From positions 58,218,001 through 58,282,000 of the forward strand of contig NC_086386.1 in NCBI RefSeq assembly GCF_036588685.1: DNA of 64,000 bases, written 5' to 3'. The notes below the pieces were generated by a model. It was not told the DNA's origin. It did no database searches and was given only the letters and a program-made list of their open reading frames with translations. The translations under genes and the position numbers were made by a program. Positions 62,320 through 64,000 of this stretch are shown here, piece by piece (position 1 is the first letter of the stretch; every line of letters starts with the position of its first letter). Source of the stretch: Mytilus trossulus. Lineage: Eukaryota.

Positions 62320-63485
62320 GTGAATAAATTATGTTTTACAATTCCTACAAACGTTTTTAATATGCCTCGCTAACACAGAGTTGTCATGTCTATTCTTTCC
62401 AAAGCAAATTCAATTCAAAAGTTTGCAGTGCAACCAATCTTAGTCTTGTTAGTAAAACAACTTGCACTATTTACAACGCATATGCAGCTTATTCTACATG
62501 ATATACTGACTGAACGAGGATTTTAAGATTGAGACAACACATTTAATATCAGGTTACATGTTATTAACTATATATGTGTGTGAAACAATTTTCCAGCTAA
62601 TATGATTTCATATCAATACGATACATGTACTTCAGACTTCGTGGATCCTGTCCAACATAAACACGGCTAATTTGTAATTGTCATAATCGATATAACGTTC
62701 TGCCATCTTTAATGTTAATATGAATCATATGAATTTTCTATATGGAACCTTTTCTATTATTTAAGATTGTTTATATCCGGCTTGATATGTTGTGTGTATT
62801 GATTTCGCTGGACGGCAGGCTAATACTTTAACTTTCAGTTCTCTTCATTGAAACAGTCTGTTGCTACATGTACGCAAAACTAAATGCATGAGGTATAAAT
62901 TTCATGTGAACGGTAAACAGGCTATGTTTTGTTTTCATTCTTAAACTTAGAATAACAAGAATACTGATCCCCTATGAAAATTGAAATCGTAGCACTGTAA
63001 ATAATACAAATATTTGTCATAATATACATGTACGTACCAAAGTGTTTTATGTAATGGTATTCTTTCTGTACCTTCTGAACTTCTTTGACTATAAAATTCA
63101 ATGCTGAGATAATTATGTTAGCATAAAACATCAGGCTGTCGTTTCCTCCTGCATGATGAACCATTTTGATAATACTTAAGACTTCTATAAAGTTGGAAAA
63201 TACTTTAAAAGAGAAAGCCAACACGCTTATTTATTGCTATGGAATTCACTTAAAAAATAATTGCAGACAACCTTGGCTATATGATACATTATACTTTGGT
63301 CGATGATCACGACTATTGTAAAGAATTGATCAATGCAGATCTTATGAAATACTTTTATTTTAATAAAAACTGATTTGTGTAGCTTGTTTGTTGGATATTG
63401 AATGTATGAGGACGCGGATGACTAGACAGAACGTCTTATTTTATTCGTATTGATTGATTTGTATCACATTTCATTTCTGTTTTAG

Positions 63486-63545
63486 TCCTTGTTACAGTGA
63501 TTGTTGGTTTATCAATGGCCTTACCGATTACCATGATGTCAGTAG
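63486..63545 (+). CDS. 60-nt exon of TMEM272-like gene (first TM helix)
   Basis: ttcatttctgttttag acceptor, G|GTAGGT donor, phase 1/1. Gives (V)LVTVIVGLSMALPITMMSV(G), hydrophobic and in frame with both neighbours. Confidence 0.85.
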
Positions 63546-63865
63546 GTAGGTAAATCTGGATCAATTATCAATAGTGAGAGCAATATAATTAAAAATGTAG
63601 AATATTACCAGAAATTATTAATTAATTGTTGTTTTTTTTTCTGCTAACAAATGAATTCACGAACTAGTATATTACACCTCGTGTGGAAACTGATACAACA
63701 TATTGCATGCATGTCTTGTTGTTGAGTGACTCTGTCATTGGCATACACAAATAATTCATATGTCCATTGTAGCCCGAATATACATGTAAAATTTGGCAAT
63801 GAATGTACTTATGACTAACAATGGTTGATAGCTAGTATTTAAAAATTTTCTTGTTTACGTTTAAG

Positions 63866-64000
63866 GTGTCAAATACCTGAATGAATGTCCAAAACAGAAG
63901 AAAGTTCCAGTATACTTACTAGTTGGAGGCTGCTTTGGGATGCTAAAGGTACTCGGAACAATATGGCGAAATATTCGATACCGTCGCTATGATGACATGG
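63866..64000 (+). CDS. Exon of TMEM272-like gene, runs off window end
   Basis: ttttcttgtttacgtttaag acceptor. Translates (G)VKYLNECPKQKKVPVYLLVGGCFGMLKVLGTIWRNIRYRRYDDM; the GxxYLxxCP...P.YLLVGG.FG motif is recalled as typical of TMEM272-family proteins. Confidence 0.85.

Noticed and set aside
726-63224. Most 60-120 aa ORFs in the supplied track as genes
   Set aside because: Low-complexity F/I/L/K-rich translations expected by chance in AT-rich DNA; many lie in repeats (e.g. 11630-11992, 33663-34081, 37487-38081, 47119-47374) and lack motifs or splice support.
1-64000. Prokaryotic, phage or defence-system content
   Set aside because: No long ORFs, operons, rRNA or tRNA; spliceosomal introns and metazoan TEs are present.

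Overview
AT-rich (~70% by eye), gene-poor eukaryotic DNA whose repeat repertoire looks like a bivalve mollusc, most like Mytilus (inference). Almost all ORFs in the supplied track are spurious. Real coding signal: a spliced TMEM272-like membrane-protein gene on + (exons 62145-62319, 63486-63545, 63866->64000, probable first exon 21891-22106, implying a ~40 kb intron), a decayed Penelope-like (Naiad/Chlamys-type) reverse transcriptase (~59130-60441), and a frameshifted B-box/coiled-coil (TRIM-like) fragment. Much of the rest is collinear multi-kb local duplications with faint LRR/TIR traces (possible Toll-like receptor pseudogene graveyard), overlaid with MITEs (four TTAA-type), a 3.1 kb Mutator-like element and short retro-elements. 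The main discovery is an RNA-level system. The Naiad 3' UTR carries a SECIS-like hairpin followed by a type-P5 twister ribozyme fold. At least two other sequence-divergent short repeat families carry the same twister fold with compensatory base changes, and one copy starts at the predicted cleavage site. The window also holds hammerhead retrozymes and a solitary HDV-like ribozyme. All folds were assigned by eye and most copies carry inactivating-looking mutations.
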